This document shows positions 42,137 to 51,827 of a stretch of 64,000 bases of DNA, in pieces; within the stretch, counting starts at the first letter, position 1, and every line of letters starts with the position of its first letter. The DNA lies in assembly GCA_965197525.1 (NCBI GenBank), contig OZ240211.1, positions 1,344,001-1,408,000 on the forward strand. The letters run 5' to 3'. The notes beneath the pieces are model-generated. The model was not told where the DNA came from. It saw only the letters and a list, made by a program, of their open reading frames with translations, and did not search any database. A program made the translations under genes and the position numbers. This DNA is from Nitrosopumilus sp. (GTDB lineage: Archaea; Thermoproteota; Nitrososphaeria; Nitrososphaerales; Nitrosopumilaceae).

Positions 42137-42700
42137 ATGAATCCTAAAATCTTTGTTGGTATCGCAGTTGCTGCACTTGCTATAATTTTAGGAGGAATTC
42201 TTTTAGTGGGACCAACTCTTGTCATCTCTTCTGATAGCAACGATGCTACTGGCACTACTACTCCTGGTTTCTCAGAGCCTAAACCCATCCAAGTTGAATT
42301 GGATGATATAGTTATATCAAAGGTTTCAGAGCGTTCAGCAACAATTGATTTAGCATTTATTGTCTCTAATCCTAACCCTCGCTCTATTATTGTTCAGACT
42401 ATGGATTATCAACTATACGAGACTGGATACTCTAACGTTGAACAAATAACTGGCGGTGAGATTGGCAGTAGACCTACAGGAATGGTAGAATTTGGTTCAA
42501 ATTTTTATACTCTTCTTGGAGAAAATTCTATTACACTGCGTGACTCTGTTACCTTGAAAAATACTGGTAACACGCCTGAACTCTGGGCATCTTTACAAGA
42601 CAATACTGCAAATTGGCGCATTACAGGTGACATATTCTATAATCTAAGTTCGATGACTAGTGGTCAAGAAAACGAGCTTCACTTTGAATTTACAAAATAA
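42137..42700 (+). CDS. Membrane-anchored LEA_2-like protein
   Basis: N-terminal TM; FIVSNPNPRSIIV...YQLY. Confidence 0.65.
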   Translation: MNPKIFVGIAVAALAIILGGILLVGPTLVISSDSNDATGTTTPGFSEPKPIQVELDDIVISKVSERSATIDLAFIVSNPNPRSIIVQTMDYQLYETGYSNVEQITGGEIGSRPTGMVEFGSNFYTLLGENSITLRDSVTLKNTGNTPELWASLQDNTANWRITGDIFYNLSSMTSGQENELHFEFTK

Positions 42701-42798
42701 GTTAAACGATATCATAAAATTCAATTATTATGATAATTTGTTTTTAGAAAAAAAATATTGACAAAGTTATAAAAGCCTGTTTTGTAACTTTTTATTAA

Positions 42799-42909
42799 AT
42801 GGCAGAAGCAGGTTTAGCCGCATATGGCTCAGCAGTAGGAGTGGCAATTGCACTAGCAGTAGTGTGTTTCGCTCTTCGTGGTAAGGGACATCCTGAACCA
42901 CTAGATTAA
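42799..42909 (+). CDS. 36-aa single-TM microprotein
   Basis: MAEAGLAAYGSAVGVAIALAVVCFALRGKGHPEPLD*; not in the ORF track. Confidence 0.55.
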   Translation: MAEAGLAAYGSAVGVAIALAVVCFALRGKGHPEPLD

Positions 42910-42954
42910 ACAATAAGGATTTATTTTTCCTTTTAATATTTTTAGATTTTCCTA

Positions 42955-43605
42955 TTAATCTTTGTCGTCGAATTTCAACATCTCTGCAAGATTCAGCTGT
43001 TTTGAATTCTTTTTCTTGATAAAACATCTCTCATAGTATTGGCAACCAGAACACTGTTCTGATGGTTCAAGGATTGGCACTCTCTTTTCCTTTAACAAGT
43101 CGTGTAATACTGTCACTCGTCGTACTACTTCCTCAAACATCTTTTTGTTGCGCGATAGTGAAAATGTTGTGTCTTTCTTATCAGCTGTAAGATAAACTAT
43201 CACTCCATCTGCTTTATCATATATCCACATACATGCGTTAAGGTACAGTATATCGTGCGCAGCTGGATTATCTAATTCTTTGGTCGTGCTTCTGAACAAA
43301 ATAATTATGTCATCAGCTATCATATCTGCCTGTCCTCTTAGATTGATGTCATTGTGTGAGTAATCTCTTCGCTGAGTTGCAGACTGTGATTTACGTAATA
43401 GTCCTGAGAACAGATCATTGAATTCTCCTGCATTTTCAATCTCTTTGGGGTCAACTCTGTCATAATATGAACGTCTTAGGCATTGGATTACCTCTTCTAA
43501 ATGAATCGTTTGAATATCAGACGCATCTATCTCAATATCAGCCTCTTTTCTAATGGCATTGATTGCATTATCAATCACACTTCGAAAATCCCTATCCCCC
43601 ATCAT
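42955..43605 (-). CDS. Solo Cas4-like PD-(D/E)xK-fold Fe-S protein
   Basis: QCLRRSYY plus CSGCQYYERC (4 Cys); GQAD; no CRISPR array or other cas gene in the window. Confidence 0.75.
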   Translation of the reverse strand: MMGDRDFRSVIDNAINAIRKEADIEIDASDIQTIHLEEVIQCLRRSYYDRVDPKEIENAGEFNDLFSGLLRKSQSATQRRDYSHNDINLRGQADMIADDIIILFRSTTKELDNPAAHDILYLNACMWIYDKADGVIVYLTADKKDTTFSLSRNKKMFEEVVRRVTVLHDLLKEKRVPILEPSEQCSGCQYYERCFIKKKNSKQLNLAEMLKFDDKD

Positions 43606-43691
43606 GATACATCTTGAGATTTTTCATGCTTTTTATGTCTAGCTTTCTAAATTAGCGTATCCGCTTCAGATTTTTGCTATCTGATTTTAAA

Positions 43692-43922
43692 TTAAATCAT
43701 ATTGGTTATAATTTTTGAAATCTTTCCTGAAAATGCTAGTATCACAAAATGTAATCCAAATCCAACAACTGCGCCTAAAAGTAACTCTCCTGTTGTGAAA
43801 TAAATTCCAAGGAACAGTGCCAGTGGGGGCAGCGCAAAGATCATGGCTAAAAACGAGCTAACCCAGATAAGCCTAAACAACACTTCAGACGATATTTGGT
43901 TTTTTTTCTTTGGAAACTTCAA
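43692..43922 (-). CDS. Small membrane protein
   Basis: 76-aa ORF with two TM helices. Confidence 0.65.
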   Translation of the reverse strand: MKFPKKKNQISSEVLFRLIWVSSFLAMIFALPPLALFLGIYFTTGELLLGAVVGFGLHFVILAFSGKISKIITNMI

Positions 43923-43945
43923 AATTAAGGATCCTACTACTGCTA

Positions 43946-45007
43946 CTACTCTTCTTCCTCTATAATTAACTTTGACATTGTAATATCAGTTGCAATCTTT
44001 TGTTCTACTGCAAAAGCAATAGCTGCTAGATTCCTAATCTCAAATGATGTTAGTTTTGTGATGCCAACAATTGTTGCAAAGCTAAACATCTTTGTAAATG
44101 ATCTAATAGATGTACGGTATATTGACATCTCAAATGCGCGTTCAAATTCTGCAATGGCATCTAGCTCATTTTCAGATTGCGGAACAAGATCTTTGTATTT
44201 TGTACCTGCTATCTCATTGAACGCATCTCTGACAGTACCTACTGCCATTATTCTTGACAATAGTTCTTTTGCAGGAGGGCTAGTAGGTATTATTAGATCT
44301 TCTATCTGTTCATCTTGCAGCCCCCAGAACTTTCCTCTTATTACACTTAGAATATTGTAAAAATCAATATCCATAGCCACTATTTTTACTGCTTCCTTGT
44401 CAGAATAATTTTTCATTGCCGATGCTAGCTGCCGAAACAATATCTTGTCAAAATACGTATCCAGAATTTGCAAGTTCTTTCTCTCGTTGTACAACGCTGC
44501 AGCCTTTGCTATCTCATCTGCAAACTGTGCTGAATTTAAACTTGCAACTGCCTCTTCAAAATCTTTTGCAACTAATGCCTTGACTACGATATCTCTTTGC
44601 TTAATCAACTCTTCGGCATGAAGGTTTATGTGAGATTCAATCTCCTCTTGTGATTTTCCCAATATCTTCCCTTTTAGGATTAGTTTCAGATTAGAGATAA
44701 TAAATTTCATATAATATGCATCCAAAACCCCTGAACTACCTGATGTTTTTGCAATGGAGTAATGAATATCTGCTAGTTTACTTCTGAGTGCTGCTTCAAT
44801 ATTTTGTGAAGTGTATGGTTTTTGTACATTTGCTACTGCATCACTATATATGGTATTTTTTATTCTAGTCAACAACTCCTCCAAATCTCTTGCTTCAGCA
44901 AGCGTCTGAAAATCAGATTTTGTTAGTAATTTACCTCTTTTACTATATGCTTTTACAGAGGCATAGACATTTTTTGAACCACCCATAATAGCCAAGTCTT
45001 TTGCCAA
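43946..45007 (-). CDS. atpC: A/V-type ATP synthase subunit C
   Basis: YASVKAYSKRGKLL...; ATP synthase AC39-like fold, FEIRNLAAI; lies near the atp cluster. Confidence 0.88.
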   Translation of the reverse strand: MAKDLAIMGGSKNVYASVKAYSKRGKLLTKSDFQTLAEARDLEELLTRIKNTIYSDAVANVQKPYTSQNIEAALRSKLADIHYSIAKTSGSSGVLDAYYMKFIISNLKLILKGKILGKSQEEIESHINLHAEELIKQRDIVVKALVAKDFEEAVASLNSAQFADEIAKAAALYNERKNLQILDTYFDKILFRQLASAMKNYSDKEAVKIVAMDIDFYNILSVIRGKFWGLQDEQIEDLIIPTSPPAKELLSRIMAVGTVRDAFNEIAGTKYKDLVPQSENELDAIAEFERAFEMSIYRTSIRSFTKMFSFATIVGITKLTSFEIRNLAAIAFAVEQKIATDITMSKLIIEEEE

Positions 45008-45045
45008 CTGATTTTAATGTTTGGTGAAATATTGTGTTGAAATTC

Positions 45046-45726
45046 TTATGTGATCTTCTCTAGTAGTGTGATTGCTTCCTTTTTTTCTTGTTTTGTTAGT
45101 TTTGCAAACGCCATTAGTATCTCTTTTTGGATTACTAGTGACTCATCTGAAATATGCTGTAGTTTTGAGAGATCAAACGGGAGTAATTGATCTATCTTAC
45201 CATCGCAAAATGCCTTTACATATTTTTGAAAGATTGAGTATGTAAAGAGAGGGCTTGTTTCTAATAAACGTGATAAAATTACTTGGAACTCTCTTTCTTC
45301 TGGTTCTGATACTCGGACGAACGCTTTGAATAGACTCTTTCTATTTTTTACCTCATCAATTGACAATGCCACTAAAATTCCCTTCTTTGTTAAATGGTAA
45401 TACGGAATTCCTTTCTCCTGCAGTACCTTTGGACCTCTCTTTAACGGCAATCGTCCATTCTCTTCTGCAATATCCATAGGCAGTAAGATCTCATCAAGAT
45501 CCCGAAATATTCCTGAGTAGATGTTCTTTGAAGAGATTCCTTGTTTCTTTGCTATTCTCTGTGAGATGCCGGTTCTTGTTCTCTCCACTGGGTTTAGATT
45601 ACTGCCTAAAATTGCGATAATTGTTCTTTGTCTGCAAGCTTCTCCTGTTAAATTATTGCCTTTTGTCTTGAATGTGTTAAAAATTGCCAATCCTGTATCT
45701 GATTTTGTTTTTACTACGCTTATCAT
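45046..45726 (-). CDS. Conserved hypothetical protein, possible winged-helix regulator, divergent from amt
   Basis: TRTGISQRIA helix, GIPYYHLTKKG. Confidence 0.6.
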   Translation of the reverse strand: MISVVKTKSDTGLAIFNTFKTKGNNLTGEACRQRTIIAILGSNLNPVERTRTGISQRIAKKQGISSKNIYSGIFRDLDEILLPMDIAEENGRLPLKRGPKVLQEKGIPYYHLTKKGILVALSIDEVKNRKSLFKAFVRVSEPEEREFQVILSRLLETSPLFTYSIFQKYVKAFCDGKIDQLLPFDLSKLQHISDESLVIQKEILMAFAKLTKQEKKEAITLLEKIT

Positions 45727-45841
45727 GATATATTTTTTATATTTTATGTTACTTTATAAATATATTCAAATATAATTATTTACTTTTTTATTTGTTTCAA
45801 AGTTTCGAATCCTTAAATAATTTTCATCTGCGAAAAATTTA

Positions 45842-47404
45842 ATGAATTCTAGAAACTACAAGTATGCTCTATTACTTGTAGCCGCAGTATCTATCACAGC
45901 AACCGGTGCTATGTCACAAGCATATGCACAGAGTGTTGATGATGGTATGGACGGATATGTCAAGGGAACTAGTGGAATTTACACTGGTAACCCCAACGAA
46001 TGTTGGTATGATGACGGCGCCGGTGGAATGCTACCCTGTAAAGTAGATACAGGTGATATGGCATGGATGCTGACTGCAACGTCATTGGTACTCTTCATGT
46101 CTCCAGGTGTCGGTTTCTTTTATGGCGGTTTAGCCAGATCAAAGAACATCGTCAACGTACTTGGTATGACCCTGATAGTAATGGGTTTAATGTCAGTACA
46201 ATGGATTCTATGGGGATACTCACTAGCATTTGGCGGAATTGATTCAGACGCAAACTTGTTCATGGGAAATCTCGATTATGTCGGATTTAACCAAGTGTCT
46301 CCGTATGCACCGTTAGGTGAGGTAGGACCATGTTCTGATACATGGGCAGCTGCTTACCAGATGAGTACGATGACAGACGAAGAAGTTTGTAGTCTCAGTT
46401 GGCCAGGTACAGTGCCTCACCAACTCTTTGCAATGTTCCAAGGAACATTTGCAATAATCACACCGGTACTAATTATTGGTGGATTAGTTGACAGAATCAA
46501 ATTCAGCGCATTGATGATATTCGTACTTCTATGGGGAACCTTCGTTTACGATCCAATAGCACATTGGGTATGGGGAGGCGGATACATAGGAGGTGGATCA
46601 TTAGATCTCGATCCAGATCTATCACCGTCATATGCACTTGACTTTGCAGGTGGTACTGTAGTACACATATCTTCAGGATTTGCAGCATTGGCAGGAGCCC
46701 TAGTCCTTGGCAGACGTCTTGGATATGGCAAAGTGCCAATGGAACCACATAACATTCCGCTAGTAGTCCTCGGAGCAGGAATCCTCTGGTTTGGATGGTT
46801 TGGTTTCAATGCAGGAAGTGAAGTACAGGTAGACGGTATTGCCGTAAGCGCATGGACTGTTACAAATACAGCAACTGGTATGGCCGTAGTCACTTGGGTG
46901 CTCATGTCTTGGGCACATACAGGAAAACCAAGTATCGTTGGAGCCGCATCAGGCGCGATAGCGGGATTGGTAGCAATCACGCCAGCGTCTGGATGGGTAG
47001 GCCCGATGGCAGCGATCATAATCGGTATTGCAGCTGGTACAATTTGTTATGCATCAATTGCATTCAAGAATGCACGCAAATGGGACGACGCATTAGATGT
47101 ATGGGGAGTACATGGAATGGGCGGTCTTACAGGTGCAGTTTTGACTGGTACATTAGCTAGCCCACACATTTGGGATACCGGAGACGGTATTGGTGCATGG
47201 ACTGGTACACCAGAAGGAATGGAACAGCAAGCAATCAGCATTTTAGGTGCTGCAATCTCCATAGGTTATGCCTTTGGTGTTACGATTGTAATCCTAAAGG
47301 TAATGGATGCCGTATGGCCTGGTGGAATCAGAGTCACTCCTAAAGAAGAGGAGATTGGTCTTGATTTGGCCCAACATGGCGAAAGAGCATACGTAAACGA
47401 ATAG
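45842..47404 (+). CDS. amt: Ammonium transporter
   Basis: DTGDMAW, FFYGGL, FQGTFA, AHWVW, DFAGGTVVH, WFGWFGFNAGS, HGMGG. Confidence 0.96.
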   Translation: MNSRNYKYALLLVAAVSITATGAMSQAYAQSVDDGMDGYVKGTSGIYTGNPNECWYDDGAGGMLPCKVDTGDMAWMLTATSLVLFMSPGVGFFYGGLARSKNIVNVLGMTLIVMGLMSVQWILWGYSLAFGGIDSDANLFMGNLDYVGFNQVSPYAPLGEVGPCSDTWAAAYQMSTMTDEEVCSLSWPGTVPHQLFAMFQGTFAIITPVLIIGGLVDRIKFSALMIFVLLWGTFVYDPIAHWVWGGGYIGGGSLDLDPDLSPSYALDFAGGTVVHISSGFAALAGALVLGRRLGYGKVPMEPHNIPLVVLGAGILWFGWFGFNAGSEVQVDGIAVSAWTVTNTATGMAVVTWVLMSWAHTGKPSIVGAASGAIAGLVAITPASGWVGPMAAIIIGIAAGTICYASIAFKNARKWDDALDVWGVHGMGGLTGAVLTGTLASPHIWDTGDGIGAWTGTPEGMEQQAISILGAAISIGYAFGVTIVILKVMDAVWPGGIRVTPKEEEIGLDLAQHGERAYVNE

Positions 47405-47473
47405 GAAAACACCCACCTTTTTTCTTCTTTTTATTTAATCACAATAAATTTAGGTGCGATCATTTTTTCAAAT

Positions 47474-48256
47474 GTGTTGCTAATATCTACCACAGAACTT
47501 TATACAATTTTGAATGATCCTAATGTGATAATAACTGATACACGTTCCTTTCAAGAATACTCTCAGGGTCATATACCAGGGGCAGTAAACTTGGATCTAT
47601 TTGCGTTTCATTGGATTGATACAACAAAACAAGGTATTGATAATTTTAATACCCAAGTACAAAGCCTACTTTCATTTATTGGAGTAACATCTGAAAAGAA
47701 AGTCATATTTTATGATAACGCATCTGGAATGACTGCTGCAAGAGGTGTTTGGATGTCCATGTATCTCTCTCATTATGATGCTTTTATTTTAGATGGTGGA
47801 GTAACAAAATGGAAAAGGGATGGTCTTTTACTTGAAACCAAACCAAATGGTTTTCGACCATCTAGGTTTAAAGGTAAGATTAACTCTGAAATTATTTCAG
47901 GTTTTTCATATATTCAAGAGAATCTAAAAGATATTACAATTATTGATGCGCGTTTGCCTCAAGAGTATGATGGAACAGTAATTCGTGCAGCTAACGGTGG
48001 TCATATACCGAATGCTGTTAATATTGATTGGAGTGAAAATATCAACCCAGAAGATGGAACATTCAAGAATGATAAAGAACTCTCTGCCGTGTATAACTAT
48101 CCAAAGGATTCTAAAATTGTAACGTATTGTCACGGTGCATACAGAGCAGCTAATACCTTTCTAGCATTAAAGAAATTAGGATTCAAAAACGTTAGTGTAT
48201 ATTTAGGCTCTTGGGGCGAATGGGGAAATCGTTTAGAATTGCCAGCTGAAAAATAA
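47474..48256 (+). CDS. Thiosulfate/3-mercaptopyruvate sulfurtransferase (tandem rhodanese)
   Basis: GHIPGAV, GHIPNA, YCHGAYRAA, YLGSWGEW. Confidence 0.92.
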   Translation: MLLISTTELYTILNDPNVIITDTRSFQEYSQGHIPGAVNLDLFAFHWIDTTKQGIDNFNTQVQSLLSFIGVTSEKKVIFYDNASGMTAARGVWMSMYLSHYDAFILDGGVTKWKRDGLLLETKPNGFRPSRFKGKINSEIISGFSYIQENLKDITIIDARLPQEYDGTVIRAANGGHIPNAVNIDWSENINPEDGTFKNDKELSAVYNYPKDSKIVTYCHGAYRAANTFLALKKLGFKNVSVYLGSWGEWGNRLELPAEK

Positions 48257-48270
48257 TAATGGCTATTAAA

Positions 48271-48290
48271 AAACAAACAAACAAACAAAC
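48271..48290. repeat. (AAAC)5 microsatellite
   Basis: Read directly from the sequence. Confidence 0.8.
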
Positions 48291-48407
48291 GAATTACCCA
48301 GCAAGTTAGATCTGTCTGCACATACATGCAAGATTATTTCTTTAACATCTAGATATTATTAGAAATTTAATATACGAATTACTCATTCACTTGACATTAT
48401 CTAGTCT

Positions 48408-50510
48408 CTATTTGCTTTTTTTCCAAACAAATTGATTGTAAATCAATTCTGGTCTAATCTGTCTGAATGGTTGCGAACCACCTACATACCACTTTGTAAA
48501 GAACTCATACAAGTGCAACCTGAGAGATTGAATGTACACAATTAATCCCTCTATCATCATTATTCCTAGATTGCCCCCAATAATCATGGCTATTGCAGCG
48601 CCGGATTCAATACCTCCTAAAGATGTAAATGCATTATTTACAGTCAACAATAACGCCGCATGCACCAACAACATAATCCCTATTCGCGCATAACTAATGG
48701 TGTGAGCTAAACTCTCAACGGTTTTTCCTAATAACACCTCCATGACGACACTTGCCGGATCTCCTCCGTCCTCTGGATGCTTTTTTGCATGCATTATTCC
48801 ACCAACCATCATGATTACCATTGATGCAATTACAATAACTACCGCAATTCTTGTAACAATCCAAACTTGTGCCCAATCCCCTAGGAACATTGTCACCCAA
48901 GGAACAGCCTCTGTGTGTGCTCTAGAGTACATGTTTATTACATCATATTGGGAACCGATAGCGCACATCATAATGACAACGATTCCGCCGTATAGTGCAA
49001 CATTTGGAATAGCCTCTGTAAATACAACCAACTTGTGTCCTTCTTTTAACAATCTAATTATCCGCAACATCATAGCCCAAAGCAGATGCACAATCCCTAT
49101 GAATAGTGAAACTTTGAGGATATCAATGACTTGATCAAATGTTAGTTCAGCGACGCTCAACACTCCTACTATCCAACTAATCGAGTGCAACGCTCCTCCT
49201 TCCTCTAACAGTCCTTCAAATGGTGTCAAATGATCAAGGTGATACCCAAACGCTTCTCCTGCACCCACACCTGCAATAGCAGCCGACGCTCCAGAAATTG
49301 CAATTAGCATTCCCCATCTAGATAGCTCTCCTTGTCCTTTAAACTTGAATAGCAAACCTAATCCCATAAGCAGTAATCCATGACCCATATCTGCAAACAT
49401 TAATCCATAAAAGATTGGCCACATCAAAGCAATCATTGGGGTTGGATCTGGCTCTCCGGCCTTTGGTATTCCCTGACTCTTCGTAATGACCTCAAAAGTT
49501 TTAATGAATCTTTTATTATCAAACAATGTTGGAGTAGTCGCTTTGAGTTTTGGATCAGTTATATCTTCTACTACTGACATCCATTGCTTTGTCGATTCCG
49601 TAAATTTTGCTTCCATCTTTTCTGGAATAAATCCTTGAATTACTGCAAAGTTTTTTGTTCCACCTGGTTTTCTCAAAGTTTCAAGTACATCTTTTGCAAT
49701 AAGGGCTTTTTCATGGATGGATAAAATGTCCCTTCTATTCTTTTTTGTTAGCCCAGCTAGCTCTTTTTTTACGGCTACTTGTTTTGCAGTAAGTTCTTTT
49801 ATCTTTGTTTCTGCAAGAGTATATGCTTCACTAGGAATTTGAGGAAAACCCTCTGGAATCTTAAATGTATGCGTATTGAAACTTCTTAAAATTTTCAGAA
49901 TCTTTTCGGCATCACTACTAGGTACAATTACAAGAATCGCTGCCTTGTCCTTATTCTCTAAATCATATTTGTAAATTGTGGCATCCTCAAGTGAACGATT
50001 TATCTCATCATAATCACTTGAGTTAATTACAAAGATATTTACAAAGAATTGCCTCATTAAACCGAATCCAGACAAATCCATATTCATCTTTCTAATTATT
50101 TGTAATGTCTCTCTAAGCGAATTGAACTCTTCGATGGCAAGTCTAGTGTTTGCCGCATCTTCTAAAAGTTTTGCCGGTCTCTCAATAATTCTAGGAGCTT
50201 CTTCACTTAACTCTTTGACCATCTCTTCTATTTCATCCATCTCGTAGTCTTTCTTCTTGATTACGGTTCCTTTGAATAAAATCTCCATTATTCCTACAGT
50301 CGCAGGAATCCCCATTCCTTTGACTATATCATCAACTGACTGAAAAGTTTGTTGTGCCTTTAAGAGCAGATCATCAATTTCAGGTGTCACTCGATCACCT
50401 TCGGCGTCAATCTTATGATACCATTCAAATTCCGTTAATCTAGAAATTGCTCTAGGTGACTCACTTCTCGGTAATATCACAGTTCCTAGTTTCAAATCAG
50501 CGGTTCCCAA
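48408..50510 (-). CDS. atpI: A/V-type ATP synthase subunit I (a)
   Basis: PDPTP, FYGLMFADMGHG, ISYARI, LRLHLYEFFTK. Confidence 0.93.
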   Translation of the reverse strand: MGTADLKLGTVILPRSESPRAISRLTEFEWYHKIDAEGDRVTPEIDDLLLKAQQTFQSVDDIVKGMGIPATVGIMEILFKGTVIKKKDYEMDEIEEMVKELSEEAPRIIERPAKLLEDAANTRLAIEEFNSLRETLQIIRKMNMDLSGFGLMRQFFVNIFVINSSDYDEINRSLEDATIYKYDLENKDKAAILVIVPSSDAEKILKILRSFNTHTFKIPEGFPQIPSEAYTLAETKIKELTAKQVAVKKELAGLTKKNRRDILSIHEKALIAKDVLETLRKPGGTKNFAVIQGFIPEKMEAKFTESTKQWMSVVEDITDPKLKATTPTLFDNKRFIKTFEVITKSQGIPKAGEPDPTPMIALMWPIFYGLMFADMGHGLLLMGLGLLFKFKGQGELSRWGMLIAISGASAAIAGVGAGEAFGYHLDHLTPFEGLLEEGGALHSISWIVGVLSVAELTFDQVIDILKVSLFIGIVHLLWAMMLRIIRLLKEGHKLVVFTEAIPNVALYGGIVVIMMCAIGSQYDVINMYSRAHTEAVPWVTMFLGDWAQVWIVTRIAVVIVIASMVIMMVGGIMHAKKHPEDGGDPASVVMEVLLGKTVESLAHTISYARIGIMLLVHAALLLTVNNAFTSLGGIESGAAIAMIIGGNLGIMMIEGLIVYIQSLRLHLYEFFTKWYVGGSQPFRQIRPELIYNQFVWKKSK

Positions 50511-50708
50511 GATAAATTTCTGGAATTTTATTCGTGTTTAATATCTTTCTGATTTATTTTTCGGTTCTGTTGCATTCACGAGTGGTATTATTAACAATAA
50601 CAATCACTCAGAACACTGGACTTTGACATATCGACTATCTGGATTACCGGTATACAGGGTTCCATCATCGCTGACTCAAAAACGTCAGACTGCGCTTCAC
50701 TTATGCCA

Positions 50709-50926
50709 ACTCTACTATCCCTAAACCTAGGATGTTTTGCCTCTTTTGTGTCTGGGTTATTACAGGTAGGGCACCTTCTGCCATCCCTCCATATTCTAGA
50801 TTCAAACCATTTCTCTGCTGTATCATTATCAGGAAACATCTTGAATAACTCCATCAAGGTAATACCTTTTCTAAATGATTTGCCTGGTGCTTGTGTGTCT
50901 TTCTTGTTTTTATTCATATATCTCAT
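50709..50926 (-). pseudogene. IS1595-family transposase, N-terminal fragment only
   Basis: GKSFRKGITLMELFKMFPDNDTAEKWFESRIWRDGRRCPTC matches the IS1595 Zn-ribbon N-terminus; no DDE domain follows. Confidence 0.8.
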
Positions 50927-51190
50927 ACTGATCTGACCTCTTGCCTGCCTTGCACTCGTGCATAAGACCTCTTTAAAATTAATATACCACAAAAAGAATC
51001 AAAAGATGGCTCAGAGCAAAGCCTATTCATCATGAATCGGCTTTCAGTCAATAGTTCTCCCAAACTAGAGCCTTTTCTTTTCATCATCGCCATTCTTTTC
51101 ATACATACTATACGTTTTAACTACATATATACTATATGTTTTGGCTATATATAGTAAACAATTATATAATGATTATAGCTATGTTTGTGT

Positions 51191-51334
51191 ATGAGCATGA
51201 AAGTCGATGGTGCATATTGGCGACACGAATGTAACAGGTGCAATGAGATTTGGTACAGCAGGAATGAATCTCCTAAGAATTGTAACAACAAGAAATGTAA
51301 TTCTCCATATTGGAACAAGGAACGTGTAAGGTGA
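51191..51334 (+). CDS. 47-aa zinc-ribbon microprotein (passenger)
   Basis: MSMKVDGAYWRHECNRCNEIWYSRNESPKNCNNKKCNSPYWNKERVR*; not in the ORF track. Confidence 0.65.
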   Translation: MSMKVDGAYWRHECNRCNEIWYSRNESPKNCNNKKCNSPYWNKERVR

Positions 51335-51448
51335 GACAACCCAAGGGTTTGATAGGTCAGGGAATTTGAGACTACCCAAGTATAGTTCAACATAAAAGTA
51401 AATTTTTATATTATTCACATTTATATTATATTTTAAAAACTACTTGAC

Positions 51449-51592
51449 ATGAGCGAGATTCTATCGCAAACACGACTGGTAAGCGAAGACGAAGTTAAGA
51501 AATTGAAGGAGGAATTTGTAAAACAAGACGATCTCATAAAAGGAGATTGTTTTTTGGATCTGCTAGACGAAATTGACAAGCATATCAATTAG
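51449..51592 (+). CDS. 47-aa acidic helical microprotein (passenger)
   Basis: MSEILSQTRLVSEDEVKKLKEEFVKQDDLIKGDCFLDLLDEIDKHIN*; AT-rich TATA-like region upstream. Confidence 0.45.
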   Translation: MSEILSQTRLVSEDEVKKLKEEFVKQDDLIKGDCFLDLLDEIDKHIN

Positions 51593-51827
51593 TGCATCCG
51601 ATGAACACGATTTGCGTAAAATAGGCATGAGAGTGTATTACTCTGCACATGTTCAAATGGATGAATTCTGGAATTACGTGATACAAAGAAAGGCAACCGA
51701 TTCAGGACACCTACAGTCGCAGGAACGCATATTTCAGATGAGAACCCTAAACAAATCTTTACGTATGATCTACGATCAATCAACCGATTCAATTTTTTGT
51801 AAACTTGTAACCTTGAATGATTTTTGA
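51573..51827 (+). CDS. Hypothetical passenger ORF
   Basis: 84-aa ORF overlapping the preceding micro-ORF; no recognised motif. Confidence 0.3.
   Translation: MTSISISASDEHDLRKIGMRVYYSAHVQMDEFWNYVIQRKATDSGHLQSQERIFQMRTLNKSLRMIYDQSTDSIFCKLVTLNDF

Noticed and set aside
42955-43605. Cas4-like gene as evidence of a CRISPR-Cas locus
   Set aside because: No array and no cas1/cas2 or effector genes in the window.
51145-51418. Track ORFs 51145..51393 (+) and 51179..51418 (-)
   Set aside because: Both overlap the better-supported 47-aa zinc-ribbon frame and show no motifs.
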